Of a DNA stretch of 64,000 bases, positions 8,641 through 19,340 are shown in pieces. This DNA comes from Bacillota bacterium (lineage in GTDB: Bacteria > Bacillota > Clostridia > Lachnospirales > Anaerotignaceae). The notes beneath the pieces are model-generated. The model was given only the letters and a program-made list of their open reading frames with translations, had not been told where the DNA came from and did not search any database. Within the stretch, counting starts at the first letter, position 1; every line of letters begins with the position of its first letter. Position numbers and translations under genes: made by a program. The DNA lies in assembly GCA_021768705.1 (NCBI GenBank), contig JAETUG010000002.1:68336-132335 (forward strand), written 5' to 3'.

Positions 8641-9820
8641 GTTCAAATGTCTTTTTCTTTTTTGTCCTGCCGAAGTTCTTGTGCTGGTAGTCCATCAAAA
8701 AGCTGAGAACCGCCGTTTTCCCCTTGCTCTGGGCGATTTCAATGAGGGCAGGCAGGTTTTCCGCCGTCAGCAGCCCCCAGTCCGCAAAAAGCCTGATTTT
8801 CTCGTCCTCGTTTCGGTTCATAAAATATTCCGCCGCCCAAAGAAAATGGTCGCGGATATATTCCAGATATACCTGCCGATGCTTTTCCTGCAAACGATAA
8901 GGATATTCCAGCCGAGCCATGGCCAAAAGCAACACCGTATCCGCCGCATCCTCTCTTTTCGTCAGATAAAAAATCTCATCATATCTGCGGAAATCAATAT
9001 CGTAGTTGCCGATGCACTGGCGGAAGATATGCCCCGTGCCATAGTTCACCTGATGGAACTGTCTCGCCGGTGTATCCTCAATATATTCATACTGGAAATC
9101 AGGGATAATCAGTCGGCTTGTCACAGTCTCTCCATTTTCCTGGGGAAACTCGATGGTCAGGTGCAGCTCATGATTCAACCCGGAGGTCAGGTCAGAAATA
9201 TGTCGGCATTGGCCGAAAGAAAGATAGGTCAGGCTGTCGCAGTTCAAAAACAGCCCCATATTCAAGTCCGCCGCAGCCAAAGGAATATTGATCTCCTCCA
9301 TTTTGCGGCAGTTATAAAAAGCATATTTCCCAATCTGCTGCACCCCTTCCGGCAGGCGCAGGCGTTTCAGCCCGCCGCAGCCATAAAAAGCATAATCCCC
9401 AATGGAACGAAGCCCTGCAGGCAGGGTCACCTGTTCCAAAGAACTGCAGCCGCCGAACATCCTTTGGGAGATTTCCGTCAGTTTTGCCGGCAGATGGATC
9501 CGTTCCAAAGCAGAGCAGCCGGAAAAAGCGTATGCACCGATGGTTTCAATGGAATCGGGCAGGAAAACCCGCCGCAGAGCCTGTCCCACCGCCGCAGATT
9601 CCTCCGCTTTTTCCACAAAAGCCAACTCTGCTGCCAGTTCCTCTTCTGGCTCCGCCACAGGTGCTTCCTCCTTTACAGCAAAAGCCCGTTCCCCAATGGC
9701 AATGACAGGAAGGCCACCGATGGTTTCAGGAATACGCACCTCCGCCGCCCTCCCCTGCACCTGGGTGATGACTGCGCCCGTTTCTTCCAATTTATATTCG
9801 ATCTGTATGGACAATTTCAT
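8636..9820 (-). CDS. Leucine-rich repeat (BspA/LRR_5-type) protein, no signal peptide
   Basis: Repeats of LPxxLxxIGxYAFxGCxxL. Confidence 0.85.
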   Translation of the reverse strand: MKLSIQIEYKLEETGAVITQVQGRAAEVRIPETIGGLPVIAIGERAFAVKEEAPVAEPEEELAAELAFVEKAEESAAVGQALRRVFLPDSIETIGAYAFSGCSALERIHLPAKLTEISQRMFGGCSSLEQVTLPAGLRSIGDYAFYGCGGLKRLRLPEGVQQIGKYAFYNCRKMEEINIPLAAADLNMGLFLNCDSLTYLSFGQCRHISDLTSGLNHELHLTIEFPQENGETVTSRLIIPDFQYEYIEDTPARQFHQVNYGTGHIFRQCIGNYDIDFRRYDEIFYLTKREDAADTVLLLAMARLEYPYRLQEKHRQVYLEYIRDHFLWAAEYFMNRNEDEKIRLFADWGLLTAENLPALIEIAQSKGKTAVLSFLMDYQHKNFGRTKKKKTFEL

Positions 9821-9855
9821 TTTGATGCTCCTCTTTTCCGCTCACACTAATTTTT

Positions 9856-9884
9856 ATTATATTCGCCCTGGCATAGGCTGTCAA
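9856..9884 (-). promoter_or_regulatory. Consensus sigma-A promoter of the LRR-VWA-AAA operon
   Basis: TTGACA-17bp-TATAAT on the minus strand. Confidence 0.8.
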
Positions 9885-10079
9885 AATGTTTGTAAAAAAA
9901 CAGTGCTCTGAATTTCTCCAAAGCACCATTGCATACCATACCGCTATTGTCATACTCTCCAAAAAAATAGATAAAAATGATTTAAAAAAGTTATGTATAC
10001 CATTTCGTTATTTTGTAAGTTCCGCCTTTTTATGATATAATAATACATTATAAATGATTTTAAATGTGAGTTGATAAAA

Positions 10080-10395
10080 ATGAACCGAACGGAAAATGCC
10101 ATCATAGACGCTTTTCTGCAATTATTAGAAGAAAAGCCATCCTTCACATTTACCATTCTGTCCATTGCGAAGTTTTCTTGAAGGAATTGGATCGGCTCTG
10201 CCTATATGCCACCACTCAGTATATCGATACCACCACAGGGGAACTGTCACTTCTTCCAAAAGACAGAGAGTTTCTCATCCGTTTTTATAAATGTGCCCTG
10301 GTGGGCATATTGCTGGACTGGCTGAACGAGGGTATGCATTACGATCCGCTTGCCTCTTTTACCCGCATCTGCGATCTGTTTAACGGTTCCGATCA
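10080..10395 (+). pseudogene. TetR/AcrR-family regulator relic with the HTH deleted
   Basis: MNRTENAIIDAFLQLLEEKP continues, in another frame, directly into AILHIYHSV...FYKCALVGILLDWL (TetR C-domain). Confidence 0.7.
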
Positions 10396-10877
10396 GCAGG
10401 AAGGAGTCATCATCATGGGAGACTGCAAGGCTTCCAATAAGGTTTTTTCCCGGATATTGGAATCCGAATAATGGATGAATACGCAGGGGTCGATATCCCC
10501 GTTGGCATTGATATGCAGATAACGCCGACCCCCGGCAATACAGCCGCCTACATACTCTGCGTCATTCTGGAAATCCATTGCAAACAATGGTTTCGTCGCA
10601 CGATACCGACGAATGCGGTGATAGGTTTCCACACGCTGTTCCGGTGTGGGCATCAGTTCAGGAGAAGCATCATTCCCATATTCCGCAGCCCAGCAGCCGG
10701 TACAGTGCAGGTTGCAGGCACTGGTAGGGTCCAAAAGAATGGCCCAGGGAATATTGCATCCATATTTTTCACGACATTCTTCCTGTCTCTTCCAATCGGC
10801 AAGAGAAGCATTGATAAAGAAATTTACCGCAATGGTTTCCATGACCTTTGGATCGATATCGTGGATGATACATTCAT
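10393..10877 (-). pseudogene. Radical SAM (SPASM-type) protein relic with multiple internal deletions
   Basis: CNLHCTGC motif abuts the C-terminal GCIAGGRRYLHINANGDIDPCVF. The RBS-linked ATG at 10877 is out of frame with the conserved body. Confidence 0.75.
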
Positions 10878-11060
10878 GATACAGCCTCCTTTGTCGTTGC
10901 TCCATTTCTATCTTCCTTATTTTATTGTGCAGCCGCTGATTTCAGAATGGGCAAACACATAGCAGATATCCAAAATTTAGACATTTCCTATCTATTTGCC
11001 TAAAAAAATGAGCAAAAAAAGCCCTCCAAAAGGAGGGCTTATGCTTGTTTATGTAAGCAA

Positions 11061-12251
11061 TTATTTCATGTTTGCTTTCAGAACTTCTGCGATCTTTGTG
11101 ATACCTTCAACGATCTTGTCTTCAGGCATGCAGGAGTAGTTCAGACGGAAGTGGTTTTCTTTGCCGCCGTTGGGGAAGAAGCTGCCGCCAGGAACGTATG
11201 CAACGTTCTTTTCCAGACACTGAGGAGCAATTGCTTTTGCATCCATGTATTCGGGCAGTACACACCATGTGAACAGACCGCCTTCGGGATGTGTGAATTT
11301 AACTTCCTTAGGGAATGTTTCTTCCATTGTTTTCAGCATAGCGTCACGTCTCTTAACGTAAACTGCTTTGATTTTTTCAACGTGTGCATCCAGGTCGTTG
11401 TCTTCCAGGAACTGGTTTGCAATCAGCTGGTCGATTGTAGAGGACTGCAGGTCAGCACCCTGTTTGATGAAGTTGTATTTGCCCAGGATTTCTTGGTTTG
11501 TGGAGCAAACCCAACCAATACGCAGACCGGGAGCAAAAATCTTGGACATTGTGCCCAGGAAGATTACCAGATCTTTTGTATCCATGGATTTCAGGGAAGG
11601 CAGGAATTCACCTTCGAAACGCAGTTCGCCGTAAGGGTTATCTTCGATAACGGGAATTTCGTATTTGTTGATCAGTTCCATGAATTTTTCTCTTCTTTCC
11701 ATGGACCATGTTTTACCTGTGGGGTTCTGGAAATCGGGGATAACATAAATCATTTTTACATTGGGTGTTGTAGCCAGGATCTTGTCCAGTTCTTCAGGGA
11801 TCATACCAGCATCGTCTGTAGGAACTTCAACGAATTTAGGTTCGCAAGCTTTGAAAGCGTTGATTGCACCCAGGTAGGAAGGACTTTCTACCAGAACAAC
11901 ATCGCCGGGGTTCAGGAATACACGAGCGGAGAAATCCAGACCCTGCTGAGAACCGCTTGTGATCAGAATGTTTTCGATACCAACTTTAATGTTATTTTTT
12001 GCTGCCATTCTAGCAACGATTTTTTCACGCAGAGATGCAAAACCATCTGTGCCTGTGTACTGCAGGGCAACTCTACCCATGTTATCCATTACTTTGCAAG
12101 CTGCTTCCTTAACACCTTCTGTAGGGAACAGTTCGGGGGCGGGCATACCGCCTGCGAAAGAGATAACTTCGGGTTTTGCTGTCAGAGCCAGCAACGCTCT
12201 AATTTCGGAACCTTTTAACAGTTTCATTCTGTCTGCAAATTGTACTGCCAT
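11061..12251 (-). CDS. PLP-dependent class I/II aminotransferase (2-aminoadipate/aromatic type)
   Basis: ISFAGGMP, FQNPTG, EDNPY, TMSKIFAPGLRIG; GGAGG RBS; terminator at 11014-11040. Confidence 0.9.
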   Translation of the reverse strand: MAVQFADRMKLLKGSEIRALLALTAKPEVISFAGGMPAPELFPTEGVKEAACKVMDNMGRVALQYTGTDGFASLREKIVARMAAKNNIKVGIENILITSGSQQGLDFSARVFLNPGDVVLVESPSYLGAINAFKACEPKFVEVPTDDAGMIPEELDKILATTPNVKMIYVIPDFQNPTGKTWSMERREKFMELINKYEIPVIEDNPYGELRFEGEFLPSLKSMDTKDLVIFLGTMSKIFAPGLRIGWVCSTNQEILGKYNFIKQGADLQSSTIDQLIANQFLEDNDLDAHVEKIKAVYVKRRDAMLKTMEETFPKEVKFTHPEGGLFTWCVLPEYMDAKAIAPQCLEKNVAYVPGGSFFPNGGKENHFRLNYSCMPEDKIVEGITKIAEVLKANMK

Positions 12252-12842
12252 GGGAATCGTCCTCCTTAAAATAGATATAGATAAATACTGTGCATAAGTG
12301 TCAGACAACAAGGGGATATTCTGTTCTCTATCGGACAAAATATCAAAAATGCACCCTTATATTGTTATTTAAACACAAAGAATAAACAAAGTCAATTCCT
12401 TTTAACAAATGCACAAAAACAAAAACAACCAAAATCGCAAAATAAATATAGTTATTTTTTTATTAAACCGATAGAAACTTGAGAAATATCTGGAAAACAG
12501 TTCCAAATGGTCTGTATAATGTATTTTTTTAAGTACAATTTATCCAAAAACCGTGGAAGAAAAAAATCTTTTTTCTACTCCATTTCATCATTTTTTTAAC
12601 AAACTTTCTAAAAAAGATGTTGTATCTACCCTTTTCAGATATCCTGCTGTTCTCTTTTGGCTCCTTTGAAATATCTTTACTTTTTCATCATCTTTTCATA
12701 ACATTTTGACGGAGTTTATGCTATAATTATAGAAACTGGGTTTTTGTGCCCATATCGAGCATTTTATGTGATCGTATTGATATATAATAAATAATGATAT
12801 GATAGATATAGAACAATTCCGATAACAGACAGGGTGTGAACT

Positions 12843-13706
12843 ATGGAAGTTTTCAAAAGCATTTTCGACAGCCTGGGGATCACGGAATTCGCACGGCCTT
12901 CCATTGGCATTACCGATATTCTGGATATCCTCATCGTGGCGTATATCATTTATAAAATCATATTTTGGATCAAGGAGACCCGGGCATGGGTGCTGTTCAA
13001 GGGCATCCTGGTGATCTTCGCTCTGGCAGCGGTGGCCACCCTGCTGAAGCTGAACACCATTCTCTGGATCCTTTCCAACACGATTTCTGTGGGCATCATT
13101 GCCATCATCGTTGTGTTCCAGCCGGAACTGCGAAAGGCTCTGGAACAGCTGGGCAAAGGGAAGTTCTTCTCTTATTTTACCCGTGGTGCCGATGAAACCG
13201 ATGATAAAGTCGCCCAACGTACCATTGACGAGATCGTCAAGGCCGCAGATAAAATGGGCTCTGTGAAAACAGGCGCCCTCATCCTGATCGAGCAGGAAGT
13301 CCCTCTGGGGGACCTGGAACGCACCGGTATCCCCATCGATGCCATCGTCTCCAGCCAGCTGCTCATCAATATTTTCGAACATAATACACCGCTGCATGAT
13401 GGTGCTGTGATCGTGCGCCGCAACCGTGTGGCCGCTGCCACCTGTTTCCTTCCCCTGACCGACAGCAATGAGATCAGCATGGAACTGGGTACTCGTCACA
13501 GAGCTGCCATCGGCGCCAGCGAGGTTTCCGATGCCTATGTCATCGTCGTTTCCGAAGAGACCGGGGCCATCTCCCTGGCAAGGGGCGGCGTGCTGTACCG
13601 CAATCTGACGCCGGAACAGCTGCGCAGCATGATCTCTCAGTCCCGAAAAGACGGCGGCAAAAAGACACTGGCTACGATTTGGAAAGGACGGCAGAATAAA
13701 GAATGA
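12843..13706 (+). CDS. cdaA: Diadenylate cyclase CdaA
   Basis: Three TM segments, LHDGA and GTRHRAA motifs; cdaA-cdaR-glmM synteny. Confidence 0.95.
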   Translation: MEVFKSIFDSLGITEFARPSIGITDILDILIVAYIIYKIIFWIKETRAWVLFKGILVIFALAAVATLLKLNTILWILSNTISVGIIAIIVVFQPELRKALEQLGKGKFFSYFTRGADETDDKVAQRTIDEIVKAADKMGSVKTGALILIEQEVPLGDLERTGIPIDAIVSSQLLINIFEHNTPLHDGAVIVRRNRVAAATCFLPLTDSNEISMELGTRHRAAIGASEVSDAYVIVVSEETGAISLARGGVLYRNLTPEQLRSMISQSRKDGGKKTLATIWKGRQNKE

Positions 13707-14968
13707 AAAGATTTCAGGAATTACTGATGAAAGATATCGGCTGGAAGCTTCTTTCCGTTGCCATTGCCGCCATCATGTGGTTCATGGTCATCAATATCAC
13801 CCAGCCGGTAGATACCCGCAGCTACAGCAGGCCTCTGGTACTGGAAAATTTGGGGACACTGACCTCCCGAGGGCTGACCATCGGCAATGCGGAAGAATTG
13901 AAAAGCATGAAGATCACAGTGAAGGTCAAAGCCCAGAGAACCGCTCTGGACAGATTGACCCAAAACCCCGACTGGATCACAGCTTCTGTGGATCTTTCCG
14001 AGCTGGCTTATGCAGTCAATGGGGATGCGGTAGTGCTGCCTGTCAATGTTTCTGTCATACAGGGCGGCACCACTTACGCCATCAGCAGCAAATCCCCTGC
14101 AGTGGTGGAAGCAAAAGTTGAGACCCTTGCCACCAAGGAAATGTCTGTGGAGGTAGAGATCAATGGGGAATTGGAAGACGGCATTTATCTTTCCCAGCCC
14201 ACCCTCAGCAATGAGACTGTCACCGTTTCCGGTCCTGCTTCTCTGGTGAACCACGTTGCCAGCGTAAAGGCAGAAGTCAATGGGGAAGACCTGCAGGCCG
14301 ACTCCGAAGTGCGGGCAAAACTCAACTGTTACGACTCCAAGGACAATCTGGTAAAGGGCGTTTCCACAAACATACCGGAAATCACCGTTTCCTTTGCCCT
14401 TCATGATGTCAAACAGGTACCCATTCAGATAGATATTACCGGCACCCCTGCCAGCGGCTATCAGGTGGGCGAGGTCATCTGTACCCCGAAATATGCAGAA
14501 GTGACAGGTTCCGCCAAGGACCTGGAAAAACTGCTCTATCTGCAGTTGGGCAGCATCGATGTTTCCGGTCTAACCTCTTCTGCCACCAGAGTCCTTTCTC
14601 TGGCAGACTATCTGCCGGAAGGCATTTTCCTGAAGGAAGGCAGTGCCAACAGCGTGCAGATCGTTGTTTCCATTGAAGCCCAACACGGCAAACAATTTAC
14701 ACTGGATGCATCCAACCTCTCTCTCATTGGGGAAGAGGATGGAAAGACATATACCCTCGGCACAGCCCATGTCACCGTTTCCGGTGACAACAGCGCACTG
14801 AATACCCTGCGCCCCAGCGATCTGCAGGGCACAGTTCATGTGGGCGGGCTGACCGAAGGCACCCATCGGGCGTTGATCCGTCTGGATCTGCCCAACGGAC
14901 TTAGCGCAAGTCCTGTTTATATCGATGTGACAGTCACCGGCGAAGCAGACCTGCCGGAGAATGAATGA
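13703..14968 (+). CDS. cdaR: CdaR/YbbR-domain regulator
   Basis: [16 protein letters not shown] anchor, YbbR repeats, synteny. Confidence 0.85.
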   Translation: MKRFQELLMKDIGWKLLSVAIAAIMWFMVINITQPVDTRSYSRPLVLENLGTLTSRGLTIGNAEELKSMKITVKVKAQRTALDRLTQNPDWITASVDLSELAYAVNGDAVVLPVNVSVIQGGTTYAISSKSPAVVEAKVETLATKEMSVEVEINGELEDGIYLSQPTLSNETVTVSGPASLVNHVASVKAEVNGEDLQADSEVRAKLNCYDSKDNLVKGVSTNIPEITVSFALHDVKQVPIQIDITGTPASGYQVGEVICTPKYAEVTGSAKDLEKLLYLQLGSIDVSGLTSSATRVLSLADYLPEGIFLKEGSANSVQIVVSIEAQHGKQFTLDASNLSLIGEEDGKTYTLGTAHVTVSGDNSALNTLRPSDLQGTVHVGGLTEGTHRALIRLDLPNGLSASPVYIDVTVTGEADLPENE

Positions 14969-14985
14969 TTTTGGAGGAACACAAA

Positions 14986-16335
14986 ATGGCAAGATTATTT
15001 GGTACAGACGGTGTAAGAGGCGTTGCCAATACAGAACTGACAGGCGATCTGGCCTTTCGTTTGGGCAGAGCCGGCGCATACGTGCTGACAAAAGAAACAA
15101 AACACGCCCCCCGTATTTTGGTAGCGATGGATACCCGCATCAGTGGCGATATGCTGGAAAGCGCATTGGTGGCAGGCATCTGCTCCGTAGGTGCCCATGC
15201 AGTGGTAGCCGGCGTGATCCCTACCCCTGCGGTGGCATATCTGGTAAGAAAATACAGACTGGATGCAGGGGTCATGATCTCCGCATCTCATAACCCCGTA
15301 GAATACAACGGCATCAAATTCTTCAACAATCAGGGCTATAAGCTCAGCGATAATCTGGAAGATGAAATCGAAAACATCATCATGAGCCGTCCCGAAATCC
15401 TGCCCAGCCCCACCGGCATGAGCCTGGGGACAAAGGGCTATGCGGAAGAAGCACTGGACGACTATATCGCTTTCCTGACAAAGACAACAAACGAAAAATT
15501 CGACGGCATCAAAGTGGCTCTGGACTGTGCCAACGGCGCATCCTATAAAGCAGCCCCCATCGCCATGCTGGATTTGGGCGCAAGCCTCTGCATCATCCAT
15601 AATGAACCCGATGGCACAAACATTAACGATAAATGCGGCTCCACCCACATGGAAGATTTGAAGGCTATGGTAGTGGAAAACGGCGCAGATATCGGCTTTG
15701 CCTTTGATGGCGATGCTGACCGCTGTCTGGCGGTGGATGAAAACGGCGAACTGATCGATGGCGATAAGATTCTTGCCATCTGCGGTCTGGATATGAAGCA
15801 GAGAGGCGAACTGGCGAAAGATACAATCGTTGGCACAGTCATGTCCAATCTGGGTCTGACCATGATGGGCAGAGAAAACGACATCAACATCCTGCAGACT
15901 TCCGTCGGTGACAGATACGTGCTGGAACGCATGCTGGCAGATGGCTACAATATCGGCGGCGAACAGAGCGGTCACGTAATCTTTTTGGATCACAATACCA
16001 CAGGTGATGGTATTCTGACAGCGATCCAGCTGCTTTCTGTGCTGAAACGCAGCGGCAAAAAAGCATCTGAATTGGCTTCCATCATGCAGACCATGCCTCA
16101 GGTGCTGGTAAACGCCAGAGTAAACAACGCCAAAAAGAACAGCTATCTGGAGGATGCGGTGGTGAAAAAAGCCATCGAAGAACTGGATGCAGCCTTTTCT
16201 CAAGATGGCCGTGTGCTGATCCGTACTTCCGGCACAGAACCTCTGGTGCGTGTCATGATCGAAGGCACAGATATTGAAAAGATGGATAAGGAAGCCAGAA
16301 AGCTGGCTGCCCTGATCGAAGAAAGACTGCAGTAA
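14986..16335 (+). CDS. glmM: Phosphoglucosamine mutase
   Basis: [28 protein letters not shown]. Confidence 0.97.
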   Translation: MARLFGTDGVRGVANTELTGDLAFRLGRAGAYVLTKETKHAPRILVAMDTRISGDMLESALVAGICSVGAHAVVAGVIPTPAVAYLVRKYRLDAGVMISASHNPVEYNGIKFFNNQGYKLSDNLEDEIENIIMSRPEILPSPTGMSLGTKGYAEEALDDYIAFLTKTTNEKFDGIKVALDCANGASYKAAPIAMLDLGASLCIIHNEPDGTNINDKCGSTHMEDLKAMVVENGADIGFAFDGDADRCLAVDENGELIDGDKILAICGLDMKQRGELAKDTIVGTVMSNLGLTMMGRENDINILQTSVGDRYVLERMLADGYNIGGEQSGHVIFLDHNTTGDGILTAIQLLSVLKRSGKKASELASIMQTMPQVLVNARVNNAKKNSYLEDAVVKKAIEELDAAFSQDGRVLIRTSGTEPLVRVMIEGTDIEKMDKEARKLAALIEERLQ

Positions 16336-16388
16336 GAAAATAAAAATGATAAGCGGAGACTCGTGCAAACGGTCTGCCGCTTTCCTAT

Positions 16389-16462
16389 GTCTCCGTAGCT
16401 CAGCAGGATAGAGCAACCGCCTCCTAAGCGGTAGGTCGTGGGTTCGAATCCCGTCGGGGACA
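16389..16462 (+). tRNA. tRNA-Arg(CCT)
   Basis: Acceptor stem GTCTCCG/CGGGGAC, anticodon arm ACCGC-CTCCTAA-GCGGT, GGTTCGAATCC T-arm; CCA not encoded; terminator at 16466-16499. Confidence 0.95.
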
Positions 16463-16686
16463 GATAAAGTGTTGAAATCTTATATTTCAACACTTTTTTC
16501 TTGTGCAAAAAGCACACTCCCCGACATTTTGACGAAAAACCACTTTTTTTCGACGGCTTTTTCGCCATGCCCCGGTGCCATTTGCTCTTGTATTCGCCTT
16601 TTTTTTCATTTAAAATAAGATAGTTGGGAATATTCCCACAAAATCCAAACACTATCAACTTTTTATCAGATATAAGGAGGCACATC

Positions 16687-18108
16687 ATGGGCGGCTTTTT
16701 TGGCGTAACTTCCAAGCAGGACTGCGTACTGGATATCTTCTTCGGCGTAGACTATCATTCTCATCTGGGTACAAAAAGAGGCGGTATGGCGCTCCACAGC
16801 AAAACAAAAGGATTCCAGCGTCAGATCCACAACATTGAAAACACACCTTTCCGTACAAAATTCGAAGACGACCTGCATGATTTTGAAGGCTGCGCAGGCA
16901 TCGGCTGCATCAGCGATTCCGACCCTCAGCCCCTGTTGGTACGTTCCCATCTGGGTATGTATGCCATCACCACCATCGGTGCCATCAATAACGCAGAAGA
17001 ACTGATCCAGACAGAATTCAACAAAGGACATCAGTTCATGTCCCTTTCCTCCGGCAAAGTAAACGAAACAGAGCTGATCGCTTCCCTCATCAACCAGAAG
17101 GAAGACCTCATCAGCGGCATCAAATATGCGCAGGAGGCCATCAAAGGCTCCGTCACCCTGCTGATCTTAACAGAGGACGACGCGATCATCGCTGCCAGAG
17201 ATAACCTGGGCAGACTGCCCGTATTGATCGGTAAGGACGAAGAAGGCTACAGCGTTTCCTTCGAATCCTTCGCTTATCAGAAGCTGGGCTATGAAAATGA
17301 ATATGAATTGGGCCCCGGTGAAATCGTAAAGATCACCCCCGAAGGCTATGAAACCTTGAAGCCTGCAGGGGAAGATATGAAAATCTGCGCTTTCCTGTGG
17401 AGCTACTATGGCTACCCCAACTCCAACTATGAAGGCGTTAACGTAGAAGTGATGCGTTATAAAAACGGCGAGATCATGGCTCGTGATGAAGCAATCAACG
17501 GCACACTGCCCGATGTAGACTATGTGGCAGGCATCCCCGATTCCGGTGTGCCCCATGCCATGGGCTACGCAAACCAGAGCGGTCAGACCTATGCCCGTCC
17601 CTTCGTAAAATATACCCCCACATGGCCCCGTTCCTTCACCCCTGCCAACCAGAAGATCCGTAACCGTGTGGCAAAAATGAAACAGATCCCCGTACCCGAA
17701 CTGATCGAAGGCAAGAAGCTACTGTTCGTAGACGACTCCATCGTCCGCGGCACACAGCTGAGAGAAACCGTAGATTTCCTGTATCATTCCCATGCCAAGG
17801 AAGTACATATGCGGTCCGCCTGCCCTCCCATCATGTATGGCTGCAAATTCCTGAACTTCACCAGCAAGGGCTCCGAAGATGACCTGCTGGCTCGCCGCAT
17901 CATCCATGAACTGGAAGGCATTGCCGGCGATGCCCATCTGGATGAATATACAGATGCTTCCACAGAAAGAGGCCAGTGCATGCTGAAATCCATCTGTGAA
18001 AAATTCGGCTTCTCCTCTTTGGGCTATCAGTCCCTGGAAGGTCTGCTGGAAGCCATTGGTCTGCCCAAAGAAAAGGTATGCACCTATTGCTGGAACGGCA
18101 AGGAATAA
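16687..18108 (+). CDS. purF: Amidophosphoribosyltransferase-like protein lacking the N-terminal Cys
   Basis: GIPDSG, FVDDSIVRGT PRTase motif, C-terminal CTYCW; starts MGGFFG. Confidence 0.85.
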   Translation: MGGFFGVTSKQDCVLDIFFGVDYHSHLGTKRGGMALHSKTKGFQRQIHNIENTPFRTKFEDDLHDFEGCAGIGCISDSDPQPLLVRSHLGMYAITTIGAINNAEELIQTEFNKGHQFMSLSSGKVNETELIASLINQKEDLISGIKYAQEAIKGSVTLLILTEDDAIIAARDNLGRLPVLIGKDEEGYSVSFESFAYQKLGYENEYELGPGEIVKITPEGYETLKPAGEDMKICAFLWSYYGYPNSNYEGVNVEVMRYKNGEIMARDEAINGTLPDVDYVAGIPDSGVPHAMGYANQSGQTYARPFVKYTPTWPRSFTPANQKIRNRVAKMKQIPVPELIEGKKLLFVDDSIVRGTQLRETVDFLYHSHAKEVHMRSACPPIMYGCKFLNFTSKGSEDDLLARRIIHELEGIAGDAHLDEYTDASTERGQCMLKSICEKFGFSSLGYQSLEGLLEAIGLPKEKVCTYCWNGKE

Positions 18109-18259
18109 TGTCGATGATACTTTTCATCTGAATTTCAAAAAATTGAAACGGAACTGCCCCAAAAATGGGGCAGTTTTTTTCTGTTCTCTTGCGAAAATCT
18201 CTTTCCTTTGATACTATTAAAACATAAAACAAAATCAAACCCGTAAGGAGGTCATATTT

Positions 18260-19126
18260 ATGAGCGCAAAAGTTTATTTTTCCAGAGAAATCTCTCCGGA
18301 AAAAGTTTTGGAATTATACAAACTGGCAGGCAAGGAACTGAAAGGGAACGTTGCCATCAAGGTACATTCCGGTGAAGCAGGCAATCAGAATTTCCTGCGT
18401 CCCCCCTTCTGGAAGCCCATCATCGACCATGTGCAGGGTACAGTAACAGAATGCAACACCGCCTATGAAGGCCAGAGAAATACCACAGAAAAGCACGTGG
18501 CACTGCTGAAAAACCACGGCTGGAGCGAATATTTCAAGGTAGATCTGCTGGATGCGGAAGGTCCCGATCTGGAACTGCCTATCCCCAAGGGCAAAATGAT
18601 CCAGAAAAACTTCGTTGGCAAAAATCTGGCAAACTATGATTCCATGCTAGTGCTGTCCCATTTCAAAGGACACCCCATGGGGGGCTACGGCGGCGCTTTG
18701 AAGCAGCTTTCCATCGGCGTTGCTTCTTCTTTCGGCAAGGCCTATATCCATGGCGCAGGCGAACCGGAAAAGATCTGGACAGCAGACCATGATTCCTTCC
18801 TGGAAGCAATGGCGGATGCGGCAGGCTCCATCGTGGACTATTTCAAAGGCGAAATCGTTTATGTCAATGTCATGATGAATATGTCCGTGGACTGCGATTG
18901 CTGCGCCCCTGCGAAAGACCCCTGCATGGGCGATATCGGTATTCTGGTTTCTTTGGACCCTATCGCCATCGATCAGGCTTGTCTGGATCTGGTGTATCAG
19001 TCCGATGACGCCGGCAAGAGCCACCTCATCGAACGGATTGAATCCAGAAACGGTGTGCATACCATTGAAGCTGCCGCCGCTCTGGGCTATGGCACAAGGG
19101 AATATGAATTGATTGAAGTAAAATGA
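18260..19126 (+). CDS. DUF362 family Fe-S protein
   Basis: AIKVHSGE, SHFKGH, GGALKQ, DCDC, DPIAIDQA. Confidence 0.85.
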   Translation: MSAKVYFSREISPEKVLELYKLAGKELKGNVAIKVHSGEAGNQNFLRPPFWKPIIDHVQGTVTECNTAYEGQRNTTEKHVALLKNHGWSEYFKVDLLDAEGPDLELPIPKGKMIQKNFVGKNLANYDSMLVLSHFKGHPMGGYGGALKQLSIGVASSFGKAYIHGAGEPEKIWTADHDSFLEAMADAAGSIVDYFKGEIVYVNVMMNMSVDCDCCAPAKDPCMGDIGILVSLDPIAIDQACLDLVYQSDDAGKSHLIERIESRNGVHTIEAAAALGYGTREYELIEVK

Positions 19127-19340
19127 TATCCGTTAGAAGCGGAGAAATGAAAAATTGGCAGACTTCTGATTGCTATTCAGCGGGAAGTCTGCTTTTTCTT
19201 TTGCAATATATTTGTAAATTGAATGACAGTTAATTTTCTTTCTCTATCCTTAACAATCGCTCAGTTGTGTATGTTCTCCTCCTTTGCTATGATGGAAACA
19301 GCAAAGGCCGATGCAAAATCCAATAAAGGAGGTCTTTTCC

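Noticed and set aside
12255-12840. Long AT-rich gap as an ncRNA or Rex-regulated region
   Set aside because: Consistent with divergent promoters; only poor Rex-like half matches and no convincing stems.
16389-16620. tRNA-Arg as an island integration site
   Set aside because: No integrase and no duplicated tRNA 3' end in the window; housekeeping genes lie on both sides.
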